64,000 bases of DNA. It comes from Squalus acanthias. Taxonomy: Eukaryota. The notes under the pieces were generated by a model, which saw nothing but the letters and a program-made list of their open reading frames with translations, made no database searches and was not told the DNA's origin. Numbering within the stretch: the first letter of the stretch is position 1; each line of letters opens with the position of its first letter. The position numbers and the translations under genes were made by a program. Of this stretch, positions 52,031 through 64,000 are shown piece after piece. The stretch spans positions 131,070,001 to 131,134,000 of the forward strand of contig CM059432.1 in the NCBI GenBank assembly GCA_030390025.1. The letters are read 5' to 3'.

Positions 52031-52319
52031 GAAAAATGACACAAAAGTAGATGCACATGGGTGTATCAAAAACTGTTAGTGTTAAGTTTCAGTTATTTTG
52101 ATGACACACATAAATGTTTTTCTTTGCATTGCTTTCAGGTCTTGTCAATTTTTGCCTCAAACCTTGGAAGTGGCTTTGTCACTTGGAGTGAATGGTGAAA
52201 CACTACTTAACCTTGCGCATTGGGGCTTTGGGTGAGAGGAATGGCTTGGTCATTGTAGGGATGCTTTCTGGGGGTTGCGGGGTGGACTTATTACAGCATG
52301 TGGCAGCCATATGGCTGCA

Positions 52320-53434
52320 TCAGAGCAGGGTAAGTAAATCTGGCCATGATGAGCCCACCCCGGCCTCCTGGGCAGCAATGCGCGCCACTGCTGGTGCCAT
52401 CTGCACCTCAGGTTCCTCCTCCTCGTCTTCTACCTGCTCGACCTCCTCCTCTGAAGAGGCTGTGCGCTCAGAGCCTTGCTCCTCCTGAAGCTCCAATCCT
52501 CGCTGCTGCGTTATGTTGTGCAGCGCGCAGCAGACGCTGATGATTCTGGAGACCCTGGCTGGTGCGTAATGAAAGGCTCCTCCAGATCTGTCAAGGCACC
52601 TGAAGCGCATCTTCAGTATGCCTATTGTTTGCTCTATGACCCATCTGGTGGAGATGTGGCTCTCATTATAACTCTCCTCGGCCTCAGTACTTGCCGTCCT
52701 CAAGGGTGTCATGAGCCACGTCTTCAGTGGATAGCCCTTGTCTCCAAGGAGCCAGCTGGTAAGTCTGTTTGGAGGTGCGAAGAGCTGAGGGAGGGTGGAC
52801 TGTTGCAGAACGAAAGAGTCATGACAGCTGCCAAGGAATCTGGCGCACACATGCAGAATCATCTTTTTATGGTTGCAGACGAGCTGCACATTGAGGGAGT
52901 GGAAGCCCTTGTAGTTCAGAAACACTCCTGGGTGATGATGGGGTGCCTTCATGGCAACATGTTTGCAGTCGATGATGCCCTGCACCTGTGGGACGTCAGC
53001 CGGAGCCGCAAAGCCGAGCGCCCGCTCATTAACACTGGCCTCGTCAGTGGCAAAGCCTGAGGCGAAGAAGTTGAGGGCGGTGGTGACTTTGATAGCCACT
53101 GGTAAAGAGTGTCCACCAGGACCTCTGGGCAGCAGGTCTTGTTCCAGCAAGCTACAAATGTCAGCGACAACCTGGTGCCATAGCCTGAGCCTCCTAAAGC
53201 ACTCTGCTCAGTCATGTTGAGGAAGCTCATCCTCTGCCTGTACACCCTGTGTTGGGGGTATCACCTCTGGCATGCTGCAGCTCTGTGGTGCCCCTCTCTC
53301 TCCTGTGGATCATCAGGTCATTGAGGAGAAGGCTGCTGTTGTGGTTGCTGCTGGTGTGGCTGGTGTTGTTGGTGGTGGGGCTCATCTTGGTCCGATTCTG
53401 AGGACCAAGGTGAGACAGTATAAGCGGCACCCAT
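52320..53434 (-). pseudogene. Harbinger DDE transposase, frameshifted with an internal deletion
   Basis: MGAAYTVSPWSSES start, [15 protein letters not shown] and [12 protein letters not shown] motifs. Confidence 0.92.
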
Positions 53435-54538
53435 GCTGTTGTAGTAGATGGCAGGTAAAGTGGAGATCAGAGGGCCAATCCCTCAATGTTATGATAGTGA
53501 GTAGCAATGTGGTGAGAGTGGCTTCCGAGGTTTCAAAAATGACCTGCAAGCTGCAGACACCCAAATCTGTGGACAAAATGGAGTGAGCAAGAGCCTTTCC
53601 ATGAGGCAAGTAATGAGGTGTAATGTTGGTGTATGTATGTGCTTTACCCAGCTGTCAGTGAATGAGCTCGCCAATGGCCACTGAGCTTCTGCCTCCCCTT
53701 CACAGGCAAGGTACCTGACCTCTGGGAATCCCATGCTCCTGCAGTTAAAGTCAAAAGCTGGCGTTAAAATCCCTCTGAAGGGTCTCTCAACAAGCACTTC
53801 ATGATTTCAATGAGGTCGCCCATCTCTGCCAATCGGGTCCGTGTCGCGCCTTCAGAGCCGCCCGAGTTTAATGCGCGAGGCGGTGGGATGACGGCGGGTT
53901 CCCAACGCACTCGCTATTTCCGGGATTTTTACTGCCGACCCGACCCCAAACCCGCCGCTCTGCAACGGGAAAATTCCGGCCTGTATCTCTGCTAATTCAG
54001 TCTGTCTTTCTGTTGTCTTCTGACTACCTATTCCTGTAACTCTTAATGGGGTAAAGTCATGTCTTTTTATAGTTGAACATCACAGCTATCCAAAGAAAAG
54101 GGGGGTAGAGTTTCTGGGCAATTCGCCCGACATCATCCAAACCAGCGCAGGAAGTCGGCCTCACCCACAAAACTGGCCACGCCCCCGATCCAATTAATGA
54201 GCATGTCGAGTTTCCGCCAATTGTGCCAGTTTGCGGCCCTTCAAGGAGGCTCTCAAAATTAAGCTTTTTTCTTAGGCGCAAAGGCACTAATAGGCATCTT
54301 TTAAAAGTTTTTAAATATTAAAAAATATTTAATTTACTATGAAACTGACTAGTGTACACCAATTAAACTAGTAAACCTTTCTGTATAATTTTTTTTAAGT
54401 CATTTTCAGTTGTTTAAAATCAGGTTTGCTCACAGGTGGTGGACTGTACACACTTATTAAAAATGCTTATTTTTTGTGATAAATCCATTTTCAGCTGTAT
54501 TAATAAAACTGCACCAGGTTGCCACTCTTAAATATATC

Positions 54539-55291
54539 GGGCCGTATTTTCCGATCGGAGGCTTCCTGCGTGTGGAAGCCTCCGATCTGGAAAAAATCTA
54601 CGGACTTACCTGAGGGCTCCTGAGGTCCGGCCACTTCCGCTCCTGGGCCTCTCCAACTCGAAATGTGCAGGGCCCACGTATCCCAGAGGCGCATGCGGTT
54701 TGCAAGCATCCCTGCGAACACGTGGGCCATGGGGAGCCAATCAAAGAAGGGAATCTCCCTTCATACACTTGCCAGATAGACCTGTCAAATATATGAATGG
54801 AGATCACCCCAAAAACAATGTAAAACATTAAATAATTTTTTTTAAAAAAATCACATTTTTAAAATGAGTTGAAATTACAATAAATTAAATATTTTAAACA
54901 AAAATTTAATTTTTTGAAAAAAATAATTAAAGCTTTTTACGGGGCTAAAAATAAACTTACCTTTTTAAAAAAAAAAGTTTTTTTAAATGATAAATGAGTG
55001 AAAAAAATTTTAAAACTTTTTTCGACTCTTATGCTGGTAAAAGCAGGCCTTACGCCAGGTGTAAGATTTCTAAGGGTTTTCTGCGGGCGGAGGTTCTCCA
55101 GAAAGCGGAACTCTCTGCCCGCAGAGGCCCTTCTCTAGGGCAGGCGTCCGATCTGTCAAGAGCATTCTTGACAGATCGGAAATGTCGGTTTTCAGCGCAT
55201 GCGCTTGGCATGCCTGAAACCGGCATTTCCGATGTCTCTACGGGTGTGTACACAGCGCGTACCCACCCGTAGGGATCGGAATATCTGGCCC
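54539..55291. mobile_element. Harbinger-like MITE related to the 12952/34043 family (reverse orientation)
   Basis: gggccgtattttccgatc...gatcggaatatctggccc, flanks atc/att, AT-rich core. Confidence 0.75.
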
Positions 55292-55990
55292 ATTATGGAA
55301 TATTTTTTAATGCAAGGGAAAAAAATAAACAATTACATTCTAAAAGGCTGCCCGATTGCGCTGGTTCATGGAAGATTTTACGTTTGTGATAATGCAAATA
55401 AGTTTGAGCAGAAACTTGAACCATACCTTCACTTTGGAAAACCAGCGCAACTCTGAGCTCAATTTGCGCCCAGATTGCCAATTGCGCCCAAAGCAGAAAC
55501 TCGACCCCGTGATGTTTGGCCTGGCTTTTACTTACTTTTGTGAAAACGCCTTTTCAGCTATTTGGTGTGTTCTTGAGTAATGCTGGAAGGTCTGGCACTT
55601 TCTGACTTCTCAACAGTTACTGGTTCTGTTTGGTATATGCTGACATCTGCCTACAATTAGCTGGTTTTATTTGACACTTTTAAGGTTCCTTGGCCAAAAC
55701 AAACATACGCATCTAATTAATTACTTTTGATGTATAGTCATTGTTATGTAGGCAATCGCTCTAGCCAATTTATTACAGCAAGTGCCACAAAATGAGATGA
55801 ATAACTGGTTAAGCTTAACTTTAAGGGGCCGTGCAGCCCACTCAAAATACCGCGCATGTGCGGTTTTTCGCATTGGAAAGCCGCGAGACGGCTGCGCGGG
55901 AGGTGCCGAGAGCTGCGTGTGGCCGTGCAGCTTAAAGGGAACATTGGCCAGGACACCAATTCTTTTTCAAATAGTGCCATGGGAGCTTGT

Positions 55991-56352
55991 GGACTGAATT
56001 TTAATGGGAAAGGCAGGTTGGGAGCAGGAGTGACTCCGAAGTGGTCAGGAAACCTGGGAGAACGGGTTTCCTCACAGGCCCTGCTGAATTTAATGGCAGG
56101 GCCTGATTTGCATGGAAGTCCCTGTTTCCCACCCGCAGCCAGCTAGATTGAGAGGCTGGCTGGCTCCGGGCGGGTAGGCCTGTGGCATTAGGCCGCAGAA
56201 AGGAAGGAGGGAGGGATCGCGTGGGGGGAGGAGCCTCCATTAAAACCAGAAGTGGGCGGGTTAGAGGCGGGTTCTGGTCAGGATTCAGATTTTTAACACT
56301 AACTTCCTACACAACCCCAACCCACCCGTATTTTTAGGTTAATATTCCCCCC
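55991..56352. mobile_element. MITE remnant, inverted relative of 57490-58143
   Basis: Shared blocks such as agaagtgggcgggttag and cccgcagccagc, on the opposite strand. Confidence 0.6.
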
Positions 56353-57489
56353 TTTATGTCTCGTCCAAAAGACTGCACCTCCAACAATGTACAACTACCT
56401 CATTACTGGCCAGGTGTGTCCGGCTAGATTATGTGTTTGAGTTTTGAAGTGGAAATTGGACCCAGAATCTGAGTTTGAGGCAAGAGTGCTATCACCTGAA
56501 CTAAGTTGATATTTTAACTTTTTGACTAAACTTTTCACCTCATTCAATGCCTTGAAATTCCACTGTGTGCTGTTGGTGTATAAATGCATAACTGGTTCAT
56601 AGAAAACTCTTTTGGTCCTTTATTTTGATGGAGGGGTTGATCCGTTAATATCCTCATTAGAATAGCAGACAGAAGGATTTCCTACACGGGCATTGAGTGT
56701 TTGTGCACTGTGCTAATATTGCAGTGTAATTTGAAAGCACCAAAGTTAACACCATTCACCCTATATATATATATATAAAATAACCTATATACCTAATTTT
56801 CTTTTCTACTAACCCCAAGTCTTATACATGGCTGCCCTTCTCTAATCAACACAGTAAATAGCAAAATAACTAGGGCAAAGCAGTCACCAAAATACCGGAA
56901 CAGCTGAACTATGAGGCCTTTTGTTCTTAAACATGTGGGGGGGGGAAATCTGTCAGTCTTTCCTGTCTTTGAGTCTTTGATGTTGCTCTCAAATATTTCA
57001 CAAGGGAAGGCAAGCTTAGATTGTACATGCTGCTAATGTATCCTAGAAGCAGAACGCTCCGTCCAATGTTTGGAGCACGATCAAATGTGATTATCTGAGA
57101 GTAACCCTCTGTACAATATCCTGACAGCAACATTCCACTCTGCTGATAGTGTGAAGACCTCAACATCATGCTCCACATCCACTCAAGGGGGAGGGGGCAG
57201 TAATCGATTCCCATTTGTTCAAGTCATGGAGTTGAGGAGCAGATCACACCAATGCTTTAGTTCCATACTTGCTAAGGGCAGCAGACTCACAGATTTCTGC
57301 TATTTATGCAATCTTTTGTGCTTGATCCCACCACAGTAAGAATCTTACCAACACCTGACTCATCGCGTTAGGTCTCACTTGAGATTTTGGCCTCAATATG
57401 AAGCAAAACACCAAACTTGAGTGTTCTTCACACTTCCCTACCCCCCCAGTACACACTGCAGGGCATTGGTTCTCTGGAGCACACACTTA

Positions 57490-58143
57490 GGGTGGAATTT
57501 TAACCCCAAAAAACGGGTGGGTCAGGGTAAGGTGGGAGGTTAAAGAGTTAAAAATCTGAATCCCGACCCCAACCTGCCCCTAACCCGCCCACTTCTGTTT
57601 TTAATGGAGGTGGGATGGGGGGTGGATGGCTAACCTATTCCCAGGAGGTGGGTTGGCACTTTTAATATTATAATGAGGCTCTGTGCCTCATGGCGATCCA
57701 CCATTTTAAATTTAACTCTGGCTGGTCGGGTTTCCCGCAATTCCACAACCCCCTCCCACCTGAGCCTTCCGATCTCCCCCGAGGCATCCGACCCACTGCC
57801 CCCGAGGCCCCCGATCTGCCGCCCCGAGGCCTCCAACCATCCACCCCCCCCGCTCCCCCCCCCCCCCGATCATCCTCTGGCCCCCGATCCCCTTCCGACC
57901 TCCCCACTCTGGCCCCCGATCCCTCCTTCCCTTCTCTCTGTGTCTGGTGCCGCAGGCCTACCCGCCTGCCAGCCAGCCTCTCCATCTGGCTGGCTGCGGG
58001 CAGGAATCAGGGTTTTAAAATGCTAATCAGGCTATGCTGTTACATTCGGCAGGGCCTGCAGGAAACCGCTTCTCCTGGGTTTTCCGACCGCTTTCCAACC
58101 CCCTCCCCCACTCCCTATCAACCTCAAAATTAACATTCCAGCC
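57490..58143. mobile_element. Harbinger-like MITE
   Basis: gggtggaattttaa...ttaacattccagcc, flanks tta/tca. Confidence 0.7.
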
Positions 58144-58441
58144 TCAATATTCTTCACTTTCTGTCCTCTGCTCCTCAACTCCATGAGAATTGCTGCCCCT
58201 CCCCCTTGGAAGAAAGCTGAGAAAGTATATAGTTGATTTTTGCTTTTTAATTCCAGTCTTACGGTTTACATGGTTATGGAATTTGAATTTCTGCGCAGGC
58301 CATGCAAACTTTCATGAGTAAAACTGCAAGCATTATATCTGCAGGTTCAATTCACTTATTAATGTCCTGGATGATTAAACTGATACTGGTTGCCTGTTTG
58401 TCCCTATCTCCTTGTGCTGTGCAGCTCTTTGTAAACTTTAA

Positions 58442-59102
58442 GGGGGAAAAATTCGGTGTCGCCCCTTTTGGGGTGCTAACCAATTAGCGTCCCTCCACCT
58501 GAAATTCAGTTGTAGCACCCCAAGCTACTGGAAGCGTTCCACCTCCTTCTTGGGGAGCTACAACTGAATATCGCGGTGCTACGTGTAACAGCACCACGCA
58601 CGTCGGCACGTAGCGCGCGTCATTGCAGGTCTCCCTCCCCTGATTAAAGGGGAGGGGCCTAGCGCTGCGTGCAATGGGGAGCAGGGTGCCGTGAAAACAG
58701 CCCGGCATTCAAGAGGAGTGCCGGGCTGAGCGATCGCGGCCGGCACCCCGAAGAAAAAAGGGGAAGGGGCAGTTGCTGGCAGTCGGCCCAAAAAAAATGG
58801 CCGTCTGACACCTGTCCTTTAAGTAGCGCCGCCGCGGCTGCAGAAACGCCACCCTGAATCTGTTGGACATATCATCCGGCGATAGGTCCGGGGGCGCAAC
58901 CCAAGTTTGCGGCCGGGCCACGAGCGGGGCGCTGCACACGCCGATGATGTTATCGCCGGCTGCGGGGCGCTGCCGGCTACTGCCACTGTTAACCTCCCGC
59001 TGAATGTCGTAGGAGGTGTTAGTGGCGCCGCGCCCAGGCGCTAGGGGATTTGTGCCCAGGGGGGCGCTAACGAGAGGCGCAAATCAACCCAATTTTTCCC
59101 CC
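58442..59102. mobile_element. Harbinger-like MITE
   Basis: TIR gggggaaaaatt...aatttttccccc, TSD TAA. Confidence 0.88.
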
Positions 59103-59426
59103 TAAGGGTTAATTGATACCTGGCTACCCATCCCTGTAGGGGATCCAGATAAGAGACAATGGTATCAGACCGTGGAGTTTCTTATGCTAGTTCCAGTATA
59201 AAGTAGAAAACTTTCAATACCTTTAATGGCTAAGTTACAATAGGCTTCACCATAGGGAAGTCCATTTCCTGAAAAGGGAATAAATGAAAATAAAATCAGA
59301 ACTGATCATTTAATCATGTTATATGGGATGAATGTAAGTAATCTTGTAGTGCTTATTGCTGTCTAAGGTTTTGTAAGTATTCCATTGTACAGTATTGACA
59401 ATTTACTTTAATTTTTTTTCCAACAG

Positions 59427-59602
59427 CTCCTGGAGTTGAATCTGTCACCTTTTCAGGTTTACAATGGGCAAACTTTGCTGGTGATGAATTTGATCTTGAT
59501 CTTGAAAAGTTTACCGAAGTAGAGGATTCAGTATATTTACTAAATGAAGCCCTGGTCAAACATTTTATTTCTGTTTCAAGATCGAAACGTCCAAATGCAA
59601 CG
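59427..59602 (+). CDS. Exon 3 of the ankyrin-repeat gene
   Basis: ttttccaacag|(A)PGVESVTFSGLQWANFAGDEFDLDLEKFTEVEDSVYLLNEALVKHFISVSRSKRPNAT|gtatga. 176 bp, open, phases 1/0. Confidence 0.78.
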
Positions 59603-59712
59603 GTATGATAAAAATCTGATATTGGTGTTGTAGTGAATGCTTGATCATAGACAACAAGTTAAGGTATTGAAAAGACATATTTTAGCATGTAATATATAAT
59701 CTGAAAGAACAA

Positions 59713-60557
59713 GGGCTGGATTTTCATTGACCCGTGGAGGTGGGTTTGGAGGTGTGTGGGGGGTTAAAGTTGCACATTCGGGGGTCCCGAACCCATCCCG
59801 CCCCCAACCCGCCTCCATGCCAGTTTCGCTGGAGGCGGGTACCCGACCTGTGATGGGACCCGCCTCCCCGAGGCGGGAAGGGGATTAGTGACAATTAACT
59901 GCCTGTTAACAGGTAGTTAACAGGCAGTTTTTTGCCTAATCCCTATTTTAAAAGCTGAAATGTGGGCTTCCCGACAGGTCCCAACCACGCCAAGTTATCG
60001 GGGCGGACCGTGGGTCTGCAGGGGTTGGAGGGGTCGATATGTCCGGTGGGCAGGTGAGTGATGGGTGCATGTGTGCAGAGGTAAGTGTGTAAGGTAAGTG
60101 TAAAGTGTGGGAAAAAGTTTTACTTACCTTAACTTCCTCCTGCAGGTGTCAGCCCTTCAGGTCTCGGGAGTCAGAAATCTCACCGGCACAGAAAGCACAA
60201 TGGCCGTGGTGCTGTCAAAAACTGCAGCCTTCTGCTTTCTGTGCTGGAATGATTTCTAGCTCAGCCTGAGCGGAAGGACTCAAGTTAGAAGACAGATTGT
60301 CAGTGTTTGACAGCTTCACAGAGCTGTCAAACGCTGATATTTCATCTGTCAAAAGCTCTTGACAGATGAAATGTCAATCTGTGACGTCACCTGTTGCTGG
60401 GTGGCCCTTAATTGGCCTGCTGAGCTCACTGGGTGGGCTCAACAAGGTCAATCAAATGAAAATGCAGTGGGTTGGCCACAAGTCGATGGAGGCGGGACTA
60501 CAACCCAAAAAGTGGGAGTCCCGCCTCCATCACGTCCCCAGTATCAAAATCCAGCCC
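59713..60557. mobile_element. Harbinger-like MITE with internal hairpins
   Basis: TIR gggctggatttt...aaaatccagccc, TSD CAA. Confidence 0.88.
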
Positions 60558-60698
60558 CAAGTGTTTTCCATTGAACTGTCACAAAATTGCACATATTATA
60601 AAAACAGATAGATATCTGTACACTGTCTGGTGTCTCTTAAGTGTGCCTTTGTTCCTTTGACTCATTCTTTAAAATTACTGGATTCTGACAGACATGGT

Positions 60699-61383
60699 GG
60701 GCTGGATTTTGTCTTGGGGTCGGGTTGGGGTCGTGTCATCCGCATTTCGTGTTTCCCCCCCCCGACTCCAGATTAATGCGGATGAGTGATGCAATTTTCA
60801 CTTAATTGGGCAATTGACTTCCAGCATGTGGGAACCAATGAACTAATTAGTGGTTTCAGTCTGAAAGTCGCCTCTGATGATGTCATCATTGCTGACTGCC
60901 TAGTCTCAGAGAGAGAGAGAATTTTTTTTTGCATCCAAGTCCTCTCACACCAAATGCCATGCAGTCTCTGAAGACATTCAATGCAGCAGCATCAGAGGCG
61001 ACTTTCACACCTAATACTACTACTACCTTCATCACATCTCTGTTGTAATAGTGGACCTGCAGCCGATAGTCAGCTATCCACTTGTGCTCCCGCCAGGTTT
61101 CACTGCAGTGTTTCACACCAGGTGTGCTTCACGTCAGAAAAGGGTTAAACTAGCTAAAACGTTTCAAAATGGCATTACAGAGCCAATTTAGAGCTTGTTA
61201 AGGGCTTTAATGGCCTCTCCCGCCTCTTGGAGGCGGGACGGAGTTGGGAACCCCGCGACTGATTTTGTCAAAATTGCGTGGAGGCGGGATGGAGTCGGGA
61301 TGGGGTCGGGACCCCCAACCCTGCAAATTTAACCCCCCACACGCCTCCAAACCCGACTCCATGGGTCATTCAAAATCCAGCCC
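60699..61383. mobile_element. Harbinger-like MITE
   Basis: TIR gggctggattttg...caaaatccagccc. TSD not preserved. Confidence 0.8.
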
Positions 61384-61879
61384 ATTGTGTAATTCACAAT
61401 ATACCATTCCCATTCGTGACATCTCTGGAATGGAATTTTATGATGTCATACCAGAGGAAAGTCTAGAGTGCTCTTAGGCTCCCTCTACTAGCAGTTGTAA
61501 AGTAAGCACAACTAAAATATATTGATAATTGTGTAAAAATCTCCCTTTGCCACATAAGGGACAATTGTGCAGTGGTGCAGTTGGGGCCTGCAAAATTAAG
61601 TGGGTATGTCTCTGTGCACTCTGCGCTGAGCTGTCTGTTCAGCAGAAGAATTTTTTTTTGAGGTAGTGTTATGCATGCAACAATAATATAAATGACTGAA
61701 AGGCACCCCTAGCAGCTTTCATCTTGCGACAGTTCACAGGGCCACAACAATTTAAAGGAACAGGATGAATAGATAGATGGGTGCTGGCAGGGCCAGGGAT
61801 ACTCCTTACTGCCGTAGCTATTGACACCAGTCTGGAATACCCACAAGGGTTTTGAGAGAAAACACAATGAGGCTCACAG

Positions 61880-62250
61880 AACCATAGGAATTTACAGCAC
61901 AGAAGGAGGCCATTCAGCCCATCGTATCTGTACTGGATCTTTGCTAGAACAATCCAAAACGAATCCCACTACCTTGCTGTCGCCCCATAGCGAGCTCTGT
62001 ATTATCTCCTGCTTCAAATATGTTTCCAATTTTCCCTTAAAAGGTGCAATGATGTCTGCCTCAACCACTGGCTGTGGCAAAACATTCCATGCTCCAGAAA
62101 CGTTCTGCATAAAGAAATTTCTCCTCACTCTTAGTTACAATTTTAAACTGATGACCCTTTGTCAATGATTTCTCAATCAGGGTAAATAGTCTTTCCCTAT
62201 ACACTCTATTAAAGCCCTTCAGAATTTTAAAATTATCTATTAAACCTGCA
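61880..62250 (-). mobile_element. CR1 3' fragment
   Basis: RRNFFMQ....WNVLPQ.VVEAD in ORF 61892-62128. Confidence 0.8.
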
Positions 62251-62950
62251 CAGTGAATGCTTTAACAACCAATCAACTGGTTTCCCACTGGCAAAGTGCA
62301 GACAAAGAGTTCTGTGAGGTATTGTGGCAAAAGGTCATAAAAGAGGAAGGCTAAGCTGGGAAGGAGAAATAACAAGGAATAGGAAATCGACGAGGGGAGA
62401 GGAGGTAACCGTAAAAGGAAGAGGGAAATGGTGGGAGCAACAATGAGGGGAGGGGGAGAAGCAAAGGGAAATAGTGAGAGAAGACACGGGACAACCAGGC
62501 AGGAAGAGCAAGAAGAAAAGAGGAAAAGGGTGATGTCCATGCATATATCCTTCCAGCAGGTGTTGCTGGATAGTGATCAGGAGTGGGAACTCCAGCTCAC
62601 ATTTCATTCACTAATACAGAGGTGCTAAGACCAATTGTAGCTCTCTTATTGTCCTGACTGAGATCAGTGAAACAAACACAGAATGAGGTTGGATCCTGGG
62701 ACCTTGGCCTGTATGGCTCAGCTACACACTAGATGAAGTTGCTGACCCATTAGGGGAACTAATGCTATCAAGTTAGCGCCATAATGGTCAGGCAATCTCC
62801 CCCACCCAATTTTCTTTAAGAACCTCATTATGGCATATAACTCAATTACTTCACTCGTAATAAACAGCAGTCAAGTACTTTAAAAAATGTCTAGTTCCCT
62901 TTGTAAAAATTGTACTGAAATTTGAAGGAAAAAAATGATTTTTTTTCTAG

Positions 62951-63037
62951 GTAAATCTGGAAGTGGTACAGAAGTTGATTCTAAAAGGAGCTAAAGTTAA
63001 CACTACAGACAAGCATGGACAAACATTGCTTCATGAG
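62951..63037 (+). CDS. Exon 4 of the ankyrin-repeat gene (start of the ankyrin repeats)
   Basis: ttttctag|VNLEVVQKLILKGAKVNTTDKHGQTLLHE|gtatat, matching the ankyrin consensus (LEVV..L...GA.VN..D..G.T.LH). Confidence 0.85.
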
Positions 63038-64000
63038 GTATATATAGATATTCATTTTTTAAAGAAAGTATAGTAATGAGTTTTTGATAATAGAAGGATA
63101 TTGGACTTCAAATTTTATTGGGGTGCATTTACACTATATGGGGTAAATTTCCTGAGCTCCAATGCCACAGCTGGGCCTCTCATGCAGCTGGTGTGGATTG
63201 GAAAATTGCAGGTGCATGGCCCTGTTTTACCTCTATTAATTTCAGTAGATGGAAAATGGGGGCAGTATGTCAGCGATTTTTGATCCCACTGAATGTGAAG
63301 TCCAGCTGGTGGCGCATCATCCCTATAACTGTTGCACTGGTGCAAAGTAGTTTTGCTTTGCACTGATACTAACATTTTCTAGTGCAAATACAGATTTAGG
63401 GCTAGACCTGATTCCAGGCCAGGAGTCTGGATTTAGAGAAACTACTTTGCATCAACACCACCATTGTATTGTAAATGCATCCTTGTAGATGTGTGTGTAT
63501 TTATTTAAATCTTTTTTAATTGGTGCAGGCTATTGCAACTAATTGTTGTAGTGTATGTATAGCTGAGACTGATTGCAGCCATAATATCTTAGATGTACCA
63601 TGAAGAGTTAGAAAAATATTAACATTTTGTTTAGCTTAATTTTGGTCAGCTTCATATCCAGGTTTTAGCATGATCCAACAGCTCTAACATTTGAAAGAAA
63701 TTTTTTGTATCTTTTCTAAGTTAGTGTTTGACTAGAAAATTCAAGTTGATATTCCAGGAATTATGAACTTGAGGACTGCTAAAACATTGCACGTTGGGGG
63801 AGACTCTCTGTTTCGCTGTTCTTGGTGCATGCCAGAAACACCCATCGCAAAATTGCATGCCTCATGATTTTCCTTCCATTAAAATTGATGGACTGAAAAT
63901 CATTGGCTGAAGATGTGGAATTTCCTGATATGTGCTTTAGGTGTCTGCCTGGTGTGCAGAAGCAGAATAGCTCCCATCTATCTATATCATGAAAATGCTA

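Larger units (their letters stand above)
49922..53981. mobile_element. PIF/Harbinger transposon 2 (4.06 kb), opposite orientation to element 1
   Basis: TIR ggctggaatgttt...aaaattccggcc, TSD TGT. Myb gene on plus, transposase on minus. Confidence 0.92.

Noticed and set aside
56900..57480. Possible additional exon in unique-looking DNA
   Set aside because: All three plus frames hit stops within the core stretch, and the flanking exon phases already match without it.

Overview
Vertebrate nuclear DNA, most likely a cartilaginous fish (shark). This is inferred from Deu-domain SINEs, esterase-type CR1 LINEs and Penelope palindromes. Two host genes diverge about 10 kb apart. NDUFB9 is on the minus strand with four coding exons (12293-12208, 6567-6375, 2438-2325, 88-<1). 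An ankyrin-repeat gene is on the plus strand with four phase-compatible exons (22214-22225, 42356-42467, 59427-59602, 62951-63037) and continues past the window; it may be an invertebrate-type TRP channel. Most of the rest is nested mobile DNA: CR1, L2 and RTE LINEs, DeuSINEs, two decayed two-gene PIF/Harbinger transposons with many MITEs, a 1.3-kb multiply deleted Gypsy LTR element with a tRNA-Trp PBS, and Penelope-like foldbacks carrying minimal hammerhead ribozyme motifs. The least expected item is a copy of the ASF1 promoter, exon 1 and intron start (43113-43868) between hAT-like ends, a candidate Pack-hAT gene capture. All coordinates were read by eye, so element boundaries without TSDs are approximate.
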